Source: Tepidiformaceae bacterium (GTDB lineage: Bacteria > Chloroflexota > Dehalococcoidia > Tepidiformales > Tepidiformaceae). From it: a stretch of 50,922 nt of DNA. Below the pieces are notes generated by a model. The model was given only the letters and a program-made list of their open reading frames with translations. It did no database searches and was not told where the DNA came from. Every line of letters starts with the position of its first letter. Position 1 is the first letter of the stretch. A program made the position numbers and the translations under genes. Shown in pieces: positions 28,592 through 37,766 of the stretch. Where the stretch lies: positions 1 through 50,922 of the forward strand of contig JBATAT010000081.1 of the NCBI GenBank assembly GCA_049662005.1, read 5' to 3'.

Positions 28592-29431
28592 TTGATGCCG
28601 GAAACCAAAGACATCATCGAGAACAAGTTCGTCGCGTGGATGGAGAACCCACACGATCCCACACTTACCAATGCGATCCACGCCGCAGACGGCGCTCGCG
28701 AGTATGGATTTCAGGCGGCACTGGTCGGCGGTGTTACCGTATATGGCTGGTGCGTGCCAACGCTAGTGGAAGCAGTCGGAGAGGCGTGGCTCGACGAAGG
28801 CTGGGCCGAGGTATACTTCCGCCGTCCAACTTACCCGGATGACGAAATGACGATCCGGGCGAGCCCCAGCGCTGACAACTGGAGCTTCGATGCGCACAAA
28901 CAAACAGGCGAAACATGTATTCGCGGCGAGTTCGGACTCGGGAAAGCTCCGTGGCTCGACACGCTAACGCGGTCCGCGCACCTCAACGCGGATTCCAACC
29001 TCGAGCAGCGAGAATGGCTGACGCTGGACAATGCGCCGATTGGCAAGGACCTCCGGACGCTGCCGGTCAACATTTCAGCGGCCGAGGCGCGTGAAATCGC
29101 GGTCAACAAGCTTCGCGAGACCAATCCCTTGTTTACCGGCGAGAACCCGCTGATTCATCCCAGCACGATTGCCCGGCAGATGATGACGCTCCTCAGCTAC
29201 TCCTATGATTACGGTCGGCCCTCGATTCATGTGAGCACACACATCCAGCACTTAGGCCGGGTTGCAGCCGGCCAGGAGCTTAGGCTGACCGGCCACTTCG
29301 TGAATGCCTATGAGCAGAAGGGGCACCATTACTCGGTGTTCGACGGGACACTTATCAACAAAGACGACAAAGAACTGGCGCGGATTCGTCACACCAACAT
29401 CATCAAGGTGGCGAAACGCGAAATCGCGTAA
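28592..29431 (+). CDS. Double hotdog-fold MaoC-like (de)hydratase
   Basis: 279 aa, twice single-hotdog size. N-half NAIHAADGAREYGFQAALVGGVTV and C-half ENPLIHPSTIARQMM. GGAAGGAG SD; start is TTG 28592 or ATG 28595. Confidence 0.7.
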   Translation: MMPETKDIIENKFVAWMENPHDPTLTNAIHAADGAREYGFQAALVGGVTVYGWCVPTLVEAVGEAWLDEGWAEVYFRRPTYPDDEMTIRASPSADNWSFDAHKQTGETCIRGEFGLGKAPWLDTLTRSAHLNADSNLEQREWLTLDNAPIGKDLRTLPVNISAAEAREIAVNKLRETNPLFTGENPLIHPSTIARQMMTLLSYSYDYGRPSIHVSTHIQHLGRVAAGQELRLTGHFVNAYEQKGHHYSVFDGTLINKDDKELARIRHTNIIKVAKREIA

Positions 29432-29540
29432 CCACTGACTCCGCCCCACTCGCGCAACGCAAGGTGGGCAAGGCGTGGGCACTTCTCGTCGCATGCCGGG
29501 GGTCGGGCCGCCCCGGGGGGCGTTGCGGGTGCCCGCGGTC

Positions 29541-30824
29541 TTAGTCCAGTCCCGTCCGAATGGCGCCGGCTGTTCGCATGCTTTTGATCTCCCGTTCGCT
29601 AAAGCCAAGAGCTTCGAGCCACTTCTGTGTATCCCGACCCAGCGGAGGCGAGGCGCCGGAGACAACTGGGGGGCTGTCGCTCATCTTGAGTGGGGGCGCT
29701 GCCATCTGCTGCAGGCCGGTCAGTTCGTGCTCGAGTTCGACCACGTAGCCGTTCTCGACAACTTGTGGGTTCGTGAGCATCTCCTCAACGAACCAGACCG
29801 GGCTTGCCGGCACTCCAAAGGCATCGAACCGGGCCATCCACTCTTCGGTCGATCCGCTGCGGAGCAGCTCTTCGACCGCGGCGATCACGTCGGCTGGAAC
29901 GACTTTTGCAGATTTGTTGAGCAGAGGGTCCTCAATTTGCAGCGCGCCAAGGAATCGCGTCCGCGTGGCGGGGGAGAGGCAGCCTACTGTCAGTGCGCCA
30001 TCTTTTGTGTGGTAGCCGCGGTAGTACATCCCGAAGCCGATTGCCGTCTCAGCGGCCTCGCGGCGCCGGTTGACGAAGTGGTCGAATCGCTCACCGGATG
30101 CGCGCGATTCGGCGAGGTCGGCAAGGAATTCGGCGCGACGGTCGGCATCGACTGCCGGGACCGACATGAACGACGAGCCCTGGAGAACGAGCGCGTTGGT
30201 CAGGAGCGAGGTTTCTACAAACTGGCCGCGACCCGTCCGCTCCCGATGGAAGAGGGCTGCGCAAACGGCCCAGGCGATGGCATACCCCGTGCTGAAATCG
30301 GCCGGCGCGGCCGCTCCGGCGAGGGCCGGGAAGCCATCCTCATCGACGCGCATGCGGTGCATGAGCAGCCCAGAGGCCGCCTGGGCGACGATGTCGTAGC
30401 CGGGACGGTGGGACCATGGGCCTTTGCGGCCGAACGCGGTGCTATCGATGTAGATGAGATCCGGACGCTCGGCGCGCAGCGATTCATAATCTACGCCGAG
30501 CGTCTCGGCAACATCGGGACGGTAATTGATCACGACAACATCGCAGGTGCGAACAAGGCGTTGCACAACCTCCCGAGACGATGGCTGACGGAGGTCGAGT
30601 GCAACGGATTGTTTGCCGCGATTAAGCGACTGAAAGGCCTTGGACTCACCGGGCATGAACTGTCCCGTGAGCCTCCATGGTTCGCCGTCCGGTGGCTCAA
30701 TTTTGACGACCTCGGCTCCCATATCGGCAAGCAGCATGGTTCCGAGTGGTCCAGCGATAATCTGGGTGAGATCGAGTATGCGGATTCCAGCGAGGGCACC
30801 CGTGTTGTTGCCGCTGCTTTCCAT
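29541..30824 (-). CDS. Family III CoA-transferase
   Basis: LAGIRILDLTQIIAGPLGTMLLADMGAEVVKIEPP and PADFSTGYAIAWAVCAAL...TGRGQFVETSL. ATG 30824 chosen; the ORF opens at 30992. Confidence 0.9.
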   Translation of the reverse strand: MESSGNNTGALAGIRILDLTQIIAGPLGTMLLADMGAEVVKIEPPDGEPWRLTGQFMPGESKAFQSLNRGKQSVALDLRQPSSREVVQRLVRTCDVVVINYRPDVAETLGVDYESLRAERPDLIYIDSTAFGRKGPWSHRPGYDIVAQAASGLLMHRMRVDEDGFPALAGAAAPADFSTGYAIAWAVCAALFHRERTGRGQFVETSLLTNALVLQGSSFMSVPAVDADRRAEFLADLAESRASGERFDHFVNRRREAAETAIGFGMYYRGYHTKDGALTVGCLSPATRTRFLGALQIEDPLLNKSAKVVPADVIAAVEELLRSGSTEEWMARFDAFGVPASPVWFVEEMLTNPQVVENGYVVELEHELTGLQQMAAPPLKMSDSPPVVSGASPPLGRDTQKWLEALGFSEREIKSMRTAGAIRTGLD

Positions 30825-30826
30825 CG

Positions 30827-31609
30827 CTAACGGAACTTCGGCTGGCGTTTCTCGCGGAAAGCAGTGACGGCTTCGCGCTGCTCTTCCGAGCCACGGCGGC
30901 GCGCGAGAGCCTCGCCCTCTCGCCGCATCACGGTCGGGATCTCCTGTTCGACGCAGTTGGCGTAGATTAGTCGCTTCGTCTCGAGCAGGCATTCCGGACC
31001 GATTTCGGCGTACTCATGCGCCAACGCAATAGCCGCTGGCATTAGATCGTCATGGGGGACCGCTTTGAGGACGAGGCCAATGCGAGCAGCCTCAGCGGCA
31101 TCGATGTTGCGACCGGAAAGCGACAGGTCGATGGCGTTCTGTAGGCCAACGATTTGGGCGAGTAGTGGCGTGCTTGCGAGTTCGGGAACGATACCGACGC
31201 GGACGAACCGCATCGAAAAGACCGCCCGCTCAGATGCTATGCGGACATCGCACGGGAGCGTTCTGGTAAGCCCGGCGCCAATGCAGGCGCCGTTCACGGC
31301 GACGACGATCGGTTTTGCCTGGCGAACGTATTCAACCCAGTTGAATCGCGGAGCCGGGCGGCTTACCGTTTCGCCATCCCGTTCGCGGACGTTGTCTTCG
31401 AAGCGCGAAATGTCGACGCCAGCACAGAAGGCACGGCCATTGCCGGTTACAACAATCGCGCCGACGGAGGGGTCATCGTTGAGCTCGGCCACGGCGTCGC
31501 TGTACTGCTGGGACATCTCATAGGTCATGGCATTCATGCGCTCTGGGCGATTCAGCCTGACGACGCCGACATCTCCCTGGCGCTCGACCAAAATAAATTC
31601 GTAGGTCAC
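30827..31609 (-). CDS. Enoyl-CoA hydratase/isomerase (crotonase) family protein
   Basis: VRLNRPERMNAM and GNGRAFCAGVDI. GTG 31609 is preceded by AAGGAG; the ORF opens at 31924. Confidence 0.87.
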   Translation of the reverse strand: MTYEFILVERQGDVGVVRLNRPERMNAMTYEMSQQYSDAVAELNDDPSVGAIVVTGNGRAFCAGVDISRFEDNVRERDGETVSRPAPRFNWVEYVRQAKPIVVAVNGACIGAGLTRTLPCDVRIASERAVFSMRFVRVGIVPELASTPLLAQIVGLQNAIDLSLSGRNIDAAEAARIGLVLKAVPHDDLMPAAIALAHEYAEIGPECLLETKRLIYANCVEQEIPTVMRREGEALARRRGSEEQREAVTAFREKRQPKFR

Positions 31610-31631
31610 CTGGTGTTCTCCTTTTTGCGGT

Positions 31632-32804
31632 TTACCCTCGGGGCAGCCCGAGTCCCCGGGTTGCGATGATGTTGCGCTGGATCTCGCTGGAGCCAGCTGC
31701 GATGGTTGCTGGTATGACGCTGATATATGCCATCGTAGGGTCGAGGCCATAGGCTGCGAGCGTATCCCTGCCGGGGAGTTGCCCTTCCATACCAGTGATC
31801 TGCATCTCGGTCCGGGCGATTCGTTGGGCCAGTTCGGAGCCGAACATCTTGCACATTGAGGCTTCCATGTTGGGCACACCGCCCTTGGCCTGGATGGAGA
31901 CAACGACGAACGACAAGAGTTCACAGACGGCTGTTTCGATTGCGCGGTCAGCCAATTCGAGGCGCTGAGCGGTGGTTACGCGCTGTTCCGCGGCATACCG
32001 ACTGAGCTTTCCGAGTGCCTTACGGGCATGAATTGCGCGGGAGATGTTCGAACGCTCGAAGTCCAACGTCGTCGCGCCGACGTACCAACCACGATTCTCC
32101 TCGCCAACGCGCTGCGATGCAGGAACGCGCACATCTTCGAAAAAGACTTCGTTGAATGAGTGTCCGTTCGCCATGTTCATCAGGGGGCGGACAGTGATGC
32201 CCGGAGAGGCCATATCGAGGAGCAGGTAGCTGATGCCGCGGTGCTTGGGCGCACTTGGATCGGTGCGCGCCATCATGAACATCCACTGAGCGCGATGGGC
32301 GCCGGAGGTCCAGATCTTCTGCCCGTTGATGATATAGTCGTCGCCATCACGCACGGCGCGGGTCTGGAGGCTTGCGAGGTCGGAGCCTGAGCCCGGCTCA
32401 CTGAACCCCTGGCACCAGCGCACCTCGCCACGCAGGAGTGGCGGGAGATGTTGGGCCTTTTGGTCCGCTGTGCCGTGAAGCATGATCGTCGGGCCGACGA
32501 GGTTCATCATGGGCCGGCTGGTGGGTGCGCCAGCTTCATGCAGTTCCTGGTTCAGGACAAACTGCTCCAGCACGGACATCTCGGACCCGCCGTACATCTT
32601 GGGCCATGCGGGCGCGATCCAGTGGCGCTCAGCGAGGGCATCTAGCCAGGTGCGCGTCTGGTCATCGATTTCCTCGTAGGCGGCAGCCTGAGGGCCATGC
32701 GTGGCGTGCTCATCATGGCGGGCGTTGGTTTGCCAGTTATGTTGCACGAAATCGCGGACCGTACCTCTCCAGGCGGCAAGTTCGGGAGTATCGCGAAAGC
32801 GCAT
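31632..32804 (-). CDS. Acyl-CoA dehydrogenase
   Basis: 390 aa. FSEPGSGSDLASL, GQKIWTSGA and the C-terminal catalytic-base segment IAAGSSEIQRNIIA. AAGGAG SD. Confidence 0.9.
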   Translation of the reverse strand: MRFRDTPELAAWRGTVRDFVQHNWQTNARHDEHATHGPQAAAYEEIDDQTRTWLDALAERHWIAPAWPKMYGGSEMSVLEQFVLNQELHEAGAPTSRPMMNLVGPTIMLHGTADQKAQHLPPLLRGEVRWCQGFSEPGSGSDLASLQTRAVRDGDDYIINGQKIWTSGAHRAQWMFMMARTDPSAPKHRGISYLLLDMASPGITVRPLMNMANGHSFNEVFFEDVRVPASQRVGEENRGWYVGATTLDFERSNISRAIHARKALGKLSRYAAEQRVTTAQRLELADRAIETAVCELLSFVVVSIQAKGGVPNMEASMCKMFGSELAQRIARTEMQITGMEGQLPGRDTLAAYGLDPTMAYISVIPATIAAGSSEIQRNIIATRGLGLPRG

Positions 32805-32837
32805 AGGTTCTCCTTGAGTGGGTTCAACTGACGGCTG

Positions 32838-33743
32838 TTAGCCGTGGTCGATGGTGCGCAGCCTGGGATCCATGACATCACGGATACCATCGCCGAGGAG
32901 GTTGAATGAGAGGGTGATAAGGAAGATGGCAGCACCAGGGAAAACTGAGAGGAATGGCGCCGCGTAAATCTGGGAGAAGGCTTCGTTGAGCATTCCACCC
33001 CAGGTAGGGGTCGGAGGCCGGACGCCAACGCCAAGGAAGCTCAGGCTGGCTTCGGCGAGGATGGCCGTACCCATGGTGAGGGAAGCCGCAACGATTACCG
33101 TCGGGAGGGTATTCGGCCAGAGGTAGCGCGCCATAATGCGGATGTCGGTGGCGCCTATGGCCCGGGCAGCCGTGATGTACTCCATGTTCTTAAGCGAGAG
33201 GACCTGGCCGCGGACTAGGCGGGCGTAGCTCGGCGCCGCGCCGATGCCAAGCGCGAGCATGATATTCACGACGGTGGGACCGAGAACCAGCACGAGGGTG
33301 AGTGCGAGCACGAGGCTTGGGAAGGCGATAACCGCATCGGTGACCCGCATGACGATGGTATCGATCCAGCCCCCTCGGAACCCGCTGAGGATTCCAAGGG
33401 GAACACCGATCGCCCCTGCGACGAGGACGGCAAGGACCGCCACCTCGAGTGAGACACGGGCGCCGTGGAGTGCGCGGCTGAAGACATCACGGCCGAGCGT
33501 GTCTGTGCCAAATACATGACTTGCGCTGGGTGTCTGGAGCCGGTTCACGCCATCAGTAGCGGCAGGGTCGTAGGGTGCGAGCAAAGGAGCGAAAAGCGCA
33601 GCCGCCACGAACACCACGATGATGGAGGCGGCGATAGCGGCCATCGGATGACGCCTGGCGAACTGGGCCGGACGGAAGCGCGGCCTGCGCCTGGCAGATT
33701 GGGCGAACTCGAACGGGGCTATGTCGTCCATGTTGGCTTTCAT
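32838..33743 (-). CDS. ABC permease, DppC/OppC type
   Basis: HVFGTDTLGRDVFSRALHGARVS hallmark. ATG 33743 overlaps the upstream permease stop (ATGA). The ORF opens at 34205. Confidence 0.9.
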   Translation of the reverse strand: MKANMDDIAPFEFAQSARRRPRFRPAQFARRHPMAAIAASIIVVFVAAALFAPLLAPYDPAATDGVNRLQTPSASHVFGTDTLGRDVFSRALHGARVSLEVAVLAVLVAGAIGVPLGILSGFRGGWIDTIVMRVTDAVIAFPSLVLALTLVLVLGPTVVNIMLALGIGAAPSYARLVRGQVLSLKNMEYITAARAIGATDIRIMARYLWPNTLPTVIVAASLTMGTAILAEASLSFLGVGVRPPTPTWGGMLNEAFSQIYAAPFLSVFPGAAIFLITLSFNLLGDGIRDVMDPRLRTIDHG

Positions 33744-34693
33744 GAGTAGCGGATCCGGGGATCGAGCACCGCATAGCTCATATCGGTCAGGAGGTTGACG
33801 ACGAGGACCAGGAATGTGAAGAGGAGAACGACGCCCTGGAGGGTCGGATAATCGCGGCCGTTGATTGCATCGAGCGCGAGTCGGCCGAGGCCGGGAATGG
33901 CGAACATATTTTCGATGATGATGCTGCCGCCAAGGAGGTAGCCCAACTGCAGGCCAACGACGGTCACGACGGGCAGTAGAGAGTTGCGGAGCGCGTGGCG
34001 AATGATGACGGTTCGTTCGTTGAGGCCCTTGGCCCGGGCAGTGCGGACGTAGTCCTGGTTGAGAACATCGAGGACGCTCGATCGGGTGTAGCGCATGATC
34101 GATCCGGAGAGCGTCAGTCCAAGTGCGGCGACCGGCAGGACCATGTGCTGAATGGCAGGCCACGGGTCTTCCCAGATGCCGACGAAGCCAGATGCCGGAA
34201 GCCACCCGAGGGTGACGACGAACAGCCAGATCAGCAGCATGGCGAACCAGAAACTCGGCACGGCGATTCCGAAGATCGCGATGATTGTGACGCAGTAATC
34301 GAGGATGGAGTTTCGTTTGACAGCTGCGATGGTTCCGGCGGGCACACCGACACAGACAGCGACGAGCAGAGCCATCAGACCGAGCTGCGCCGTGATCGGA
34401 ATGCGACCCTTGATGTTATCGCCAACAGACACCCGGTCTTTGAATGAGCGCCCGAGATCCCCGCGTGCCAAGTCGGCAAGCCAGTTCCCGTACTGCACGG
34501 GCAGGGGATCGTTCAGGCCGAGGTCTTCGCGCATCTGGTGAATCGCAACCTCGTCGAGCGATGCTTCAGATTCGCCGATGGCTGCGTATATGGGGTCACC
34601 GGGGAGGAGGTGCATGATGAAGAAGAGCGCGAGCGTCACCAGCAGAACCACGAATGGAATCTGCAGGCAACGCCGCATCACATACGCGATCAC
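33740..34693 (-). CDS. ABC permease, DppB/OppB type
   Basis: YVMRRCLQIPFVV N-terminus, LGLNDPLPVQYGNWL, DYVRTARAKGL. Start is GTG 34693 or ATG 34678; the ORF opens at 34759. Confidence 0.87.
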   Translation of the reverse strand: MIAYVMRRCLQIPFVVLLVTLALFFIMHLLPGDPIYAAIGESEASLDEVAIHQMREDLGLNDPLPVQYGNWLADLARGDLGRSFKDRVSVGDNIKGRIPITAQLGLMALLVAVCVGVPAGTIAAVKRNSILDYCVTIIAIFGIAVPSFWFAMLLIWLFVVTLGWLPASGFVGIWEDPWPAIQHMVLPVAALGLTLSGSIMRYTRSSVLDVLNQDYVRTARAKGLNERTVIIRHALRNSLLPVVTVVGLQLGYLLGGSIIIENMFAIPGLGRLALDAINGRDYPTLQGVVLLFTFLVLVVNLLTDMSYAVLDPRIRYS

Positions 34694-34733
34694 AAAGGGT
34701 GTCCCCGGACCGGCACGGCTACCCGCGGCGACA

Positions 34734-36413
34734 TTAGGCTTTCCATGCCGCGGTGACATCCATGGCGCTTCCGCTGGGCAGCCAGTTGAAGCCGTGCACG
34801 GCGGTGTTGTAGCCAGCGAGCGTGACGTTTTCGAGCAGCCAAACCTTGTATGCGTTGTCGTAGTCGAGCTTCACGATATCGCCATAGATGGCCTTCCGCT
34901 TGTCCTGATCGAACTCCTGAATGGCCTTTTCGAGGAGAGCATCCGCCTCCGGCATAGGGGCGCCGCCCGGCTGATTCGAGCTACCAAACAGCGATTCCAG
35001 CGCACGATATGGATCACCCTGCGGCGCACCGGCCCCTTCGAGACCCATGAAGTAGTCGCCGTTCTTCCGGTACTTCTCCGTGTAAACGGGGACTTCCATA
35101 CTATCGACGGTGACATCGATGCCGATCTTCTTCAGCTGCGCCTGGATCAACTCCCCCATCCTCGGGTAAACACCGGACGTGTACGTGCAGATATTGACCT
35201 TGGTGCCGCTGGCTAGGCCCGCCTGTGAAAGAAAGTCCTTCGCCTTCTTCTCGTCATAGGAGTAGAACGGCGCATTCGCGTCATAGGCCCAGGTGAGGGG
35301 AGTCAGCGCTCCCCGGCCGGGGCCGCCGAGGCCATCGGTGAACACGGCCGCGAACTCATCGCGGTTGATGCCATAGGCGAGTGCCTTGCGGAAGGCAACG
35401 ATGTCTGTGGGCGCCTTGTTAATCAGCAAGCCAATGCGCTGGGTGATGGCGCCCTTGTTCGCGTCAATGTCGAGGCCCTTGCGCCCCTTGATCTGGCTGA
35501 CGTTCTCTCCAAGGAAAACATAGTCCATGTCGATCCCGCCGGACTGCAGTTCGGCGACGGCCACGGCGGTTTGCGGGATAACGCGGATCTTTACTCGATC
35601 GAGGTATGGGAGCTTGTCGCCGTTGGGGGCGGTCAGCGGCCACGCCTCATTTGGCACAAATGTCGAATCAGCATCAAGTCTGAGTTGCTCGATCTTGAAT
35701 GGACCGACGGAGACAGGAGTTTCGTTGAACTTATCGGCGCCGAGCTTTTCGAACGCGGTTGGCGAGATGAGGGCGCCAACGCCAATCGGCTCATTGGCGG
35801 CCAGGTTCTCCATGAACGTCGCATTCGGCGTTTCGAACTTCAGCAGTGCTGAGTGTTCGTCAGGTGTCTCAACGGTGACCCCGTCGAGAAGCTGGCGGCG
35901 CGGGGAAGCCGTCTTGGGGTCGGCCTGGCGCTCGATTGAGTACTTAACCGCCGCTGCGTTTACGGGAGTGCCGTCCGTGAAAGTTAGGTCCGGACGGAGT
36001 TGCAGGCGAACGCTTGTGTGGTCCACCTGCTCCCACTTGGCAACAAGGCTGGGGCCGAGCTTGCTGTTAACCATGCTAAGGAGCGGCGCCGCGTAGAGAT
36101 GGTTAATTGTCGGGTCGTAGCCGCTACTGCTGCGGTGTGGGTCAGCGAACGTCATCGCAGAGGGGCGGCGGACGACCAACTCGCCACCGCGCTTGGCAAC
36201 AGGACCGGCTGGCTGAGTGCTGGTGGTGGTTCCGCTGGACGGGGTGTTCTTCGAAGCATCATCGTCACCGCTGGTCGCATCGTCATCCCCACCGCATGCA
36301 GCGAAGGAGCCGCCGATGGCGGCTGTCATTGAGGCAGCGCCCATCGCCTGCAACACACGGCGCCGGCTGGTTCCGCGTTGTGCGAGTCGTTTCCAGTAGT
36401 TTGGTTCTGTCAT
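34734..36413 (-). CDS. ABC transporter substrate-binding lipoprotein, family 5, Tat-exported
   Basis: Twin-arginine signal TSRRRVLQA, lipobox SFAAC, acidic linker GGDDDATSGDDDAS, then a family-5 SBP body. 559 aa. Confidence 0.9.
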   Translation of the reverse strand: MTEPNYWKRLAQRGTSRRRVLQAMGAASMTAAIGGSFAACGGDDDATSGDDDASKNTPSSGTTTSTQPAGPVAKRGGELVVRRPSAMTFADPHRSSSGYDPTINHLYAAPLLSMVNSKLGPSLVAKWEQVDHTSVRLQLRPDLTFTDGTPVNAAAVKYSIERQADPKTASPRRQLLDGVTVETPDEHSALLKFETPNATFMENLAANEPIGVGALISPTAFEKLGADKFNETPVSVGPFKIEQLRLDADSTFVPNEAWPLTAPNGDKLPYLDRVKIRVIPQTAVAVAELQSGGIDMDYVFLGENVSQIKGRKGLDIDANKGAITQRIGLLINKAPTDIVAFRKALAYGINRDEFAAVFTDGLGGPGRGALTPLTWAYDANAPFYSYDEKKAKDFLSQAGLASGTKVNICTYTSGVYPRMGELIQAQLKKIGIDVTVDSMEVPVYTEKYRKNGDYFMGLEGAGAPQGDPYRALESLFGSSNQPGGAPMPEADALLEKAIQEFDQDKRKAIYGDIVKLDYDNAYKVWLLENVTLAGYNTAVHGFNWLPSGSAMDVTAAWKA

Positions 36414-36659
36414 TGCTTTCCCCCTGAATACGTGGCTGGTCTTTATGTCATGTCGCGATTGGTTCGCCCCGTGATCGAGGCAATCGGCCCCGCTTCGGAG
36501 AACGTTGAGCCTGGCGGATGACCGTTTCGAAAGGGTCGTCGGGCGGATGGCTCTCGCGGACAGTACGCTGACGCGTGTCGTTCTGTACGCGGTATTACCG
36601 GCGCTATAAGGGCCGGTTATCGTTCTCGAGAGAGCGCAGGCCGCAAAGCGGGAAAGGCT

Positions 36660-37565
36660 TCAGGCGATTTCGAGTGTAGGCCGGTTGGCGGCCCCCATGC
36701 GCATCGCGGCAGTCTTTACTGCACGAGCATGTGACGTCAGTGGTCCAACGCGGTGGGCAAGGAAGATCGGGTATTCAATTGGCAATCCGACTGTGCGGAT
36801 GATCGCCAAATCTCCGCGCTGTACATCACCGATGATGGCCGTTTCGGCAATGACCGCGAGGGCGAGGCCGTTTCGGACCGCTTCCTTAAGGCCATCGTAG
36901 CTGGAAAGTTCTATTGCCACCCGGATTTCGACGCCCTGGTTCGATGCCCACTCCAAGAATCGCGTCTGGGCGGACCAGGGTGATGGGAGGAGCGCAAACG
37001 GATAGCGCGCCACCTCCGCCGGAGTCACTTTATCGCGCCTTGCGAGAGGGTTGGCGGGTTGGCCTACGATGAACAATCTCGCGGTAAGGATCTGTTCGGC
37101 CTTGAGCCGGTTCGAAAGGAAGCCTTCCGTTGTGAGCGCGAAGTCGAGTTCACCGCGTAAGACTTTCGCCACAGCCTCGTCCGGCGGAAGAGTGATGACG
37201 CGCACGTGTACTTCTGGTGCTAACTGGCTGACAACCGAAATAATTCGTGGAACAAACTGCTTTGCGGAGGTTGCCGAGCAGCCGATCGAAACAAATGCGT
37301 GCTTGTTTTGCAGAGCCGCGAGCTGGCGTTGAAGGTGGGCGTTGTCCTTCGCGACCTGTTCAGCAAAGGTGAGCAGGGCCGTCCCGGCTGGTGTCGCCAC
37401 GGCACGGGCGGCATGACGGTCGATGAGCACAACACCGAGCTCGCGCTCGAGGTGCCGAATCTGGAGAGATACGGCGGGCTGGCTCAAGAACAGCTCCTCG
37501 GCGGCGCGACTAAAGCTTTCGAGCTCGATGACCTTTCGGAACGTCCGAAGGCGGTCGAGGTTCAA
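36660..37565 (-). CDS. LysR-family transcriptional regulator
   Basis: wHTH SFSRAAEELFLSQPAVSLQIRHLERELG plus a LysR substrate domain. TTG start. Confidence 0.9.
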   Translation of the reverse strand: MNLDRLRTFRKVIELESFSRAAEELFLSQPAVSLQIRHLERELGVVLIDRHAARAVATPAGTALLTFAEQVAKDNAHLQRQLAALQNKHAFVSIGCSATSAKQFVPRIISVVSQLAPEVHVRVITLPPDEAVAKVLRGELDFALTTEGFLSNRLKAEQILTARLFIVGQPANPLARRDKVTPAEVARYPFALLPSPWSAQTRFLEWASNQGVEIRVAIELSSYDGLKEAVRNGLALAVIAETAIIGDVQRGDLAIIRTVGLPIEYPIFLAHRVGPLTSHARAVKTAAMRMGAANRPTLEIA

Positions 37566-37766
37566 CCGAACACTCCGGCCCGGTGTGCGCTCGGCTCGAT
37601 GATGATTTGCACAGGCGCCATAAGCAAAAGGTGCTTGATTCTCACGCGGCTATTGTCCACGATCCCGGCAGAACCCGCCTGAACAGTAACGCTCGTAAAT
37701 CGGAGGCCGCGCCGACTGCGGGCGATCCACTTGGATATTGCAAAATCGCAGTGAGGAGTAGGAAGC

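Noticed and set aside
36414-36659. The 246-nt leader upstream of the second SBP gene as a riboswitch or ncRNA.
   Set aside because: It contains a few short hairpins (e.g. GATGACC...GGTCGTC, CCGGC...GCCGG), but nothing I can match to a known riboswitch class or a convincing conserved structure by eye. A covariance-model scan (Rfam/Infernal) would be needed.
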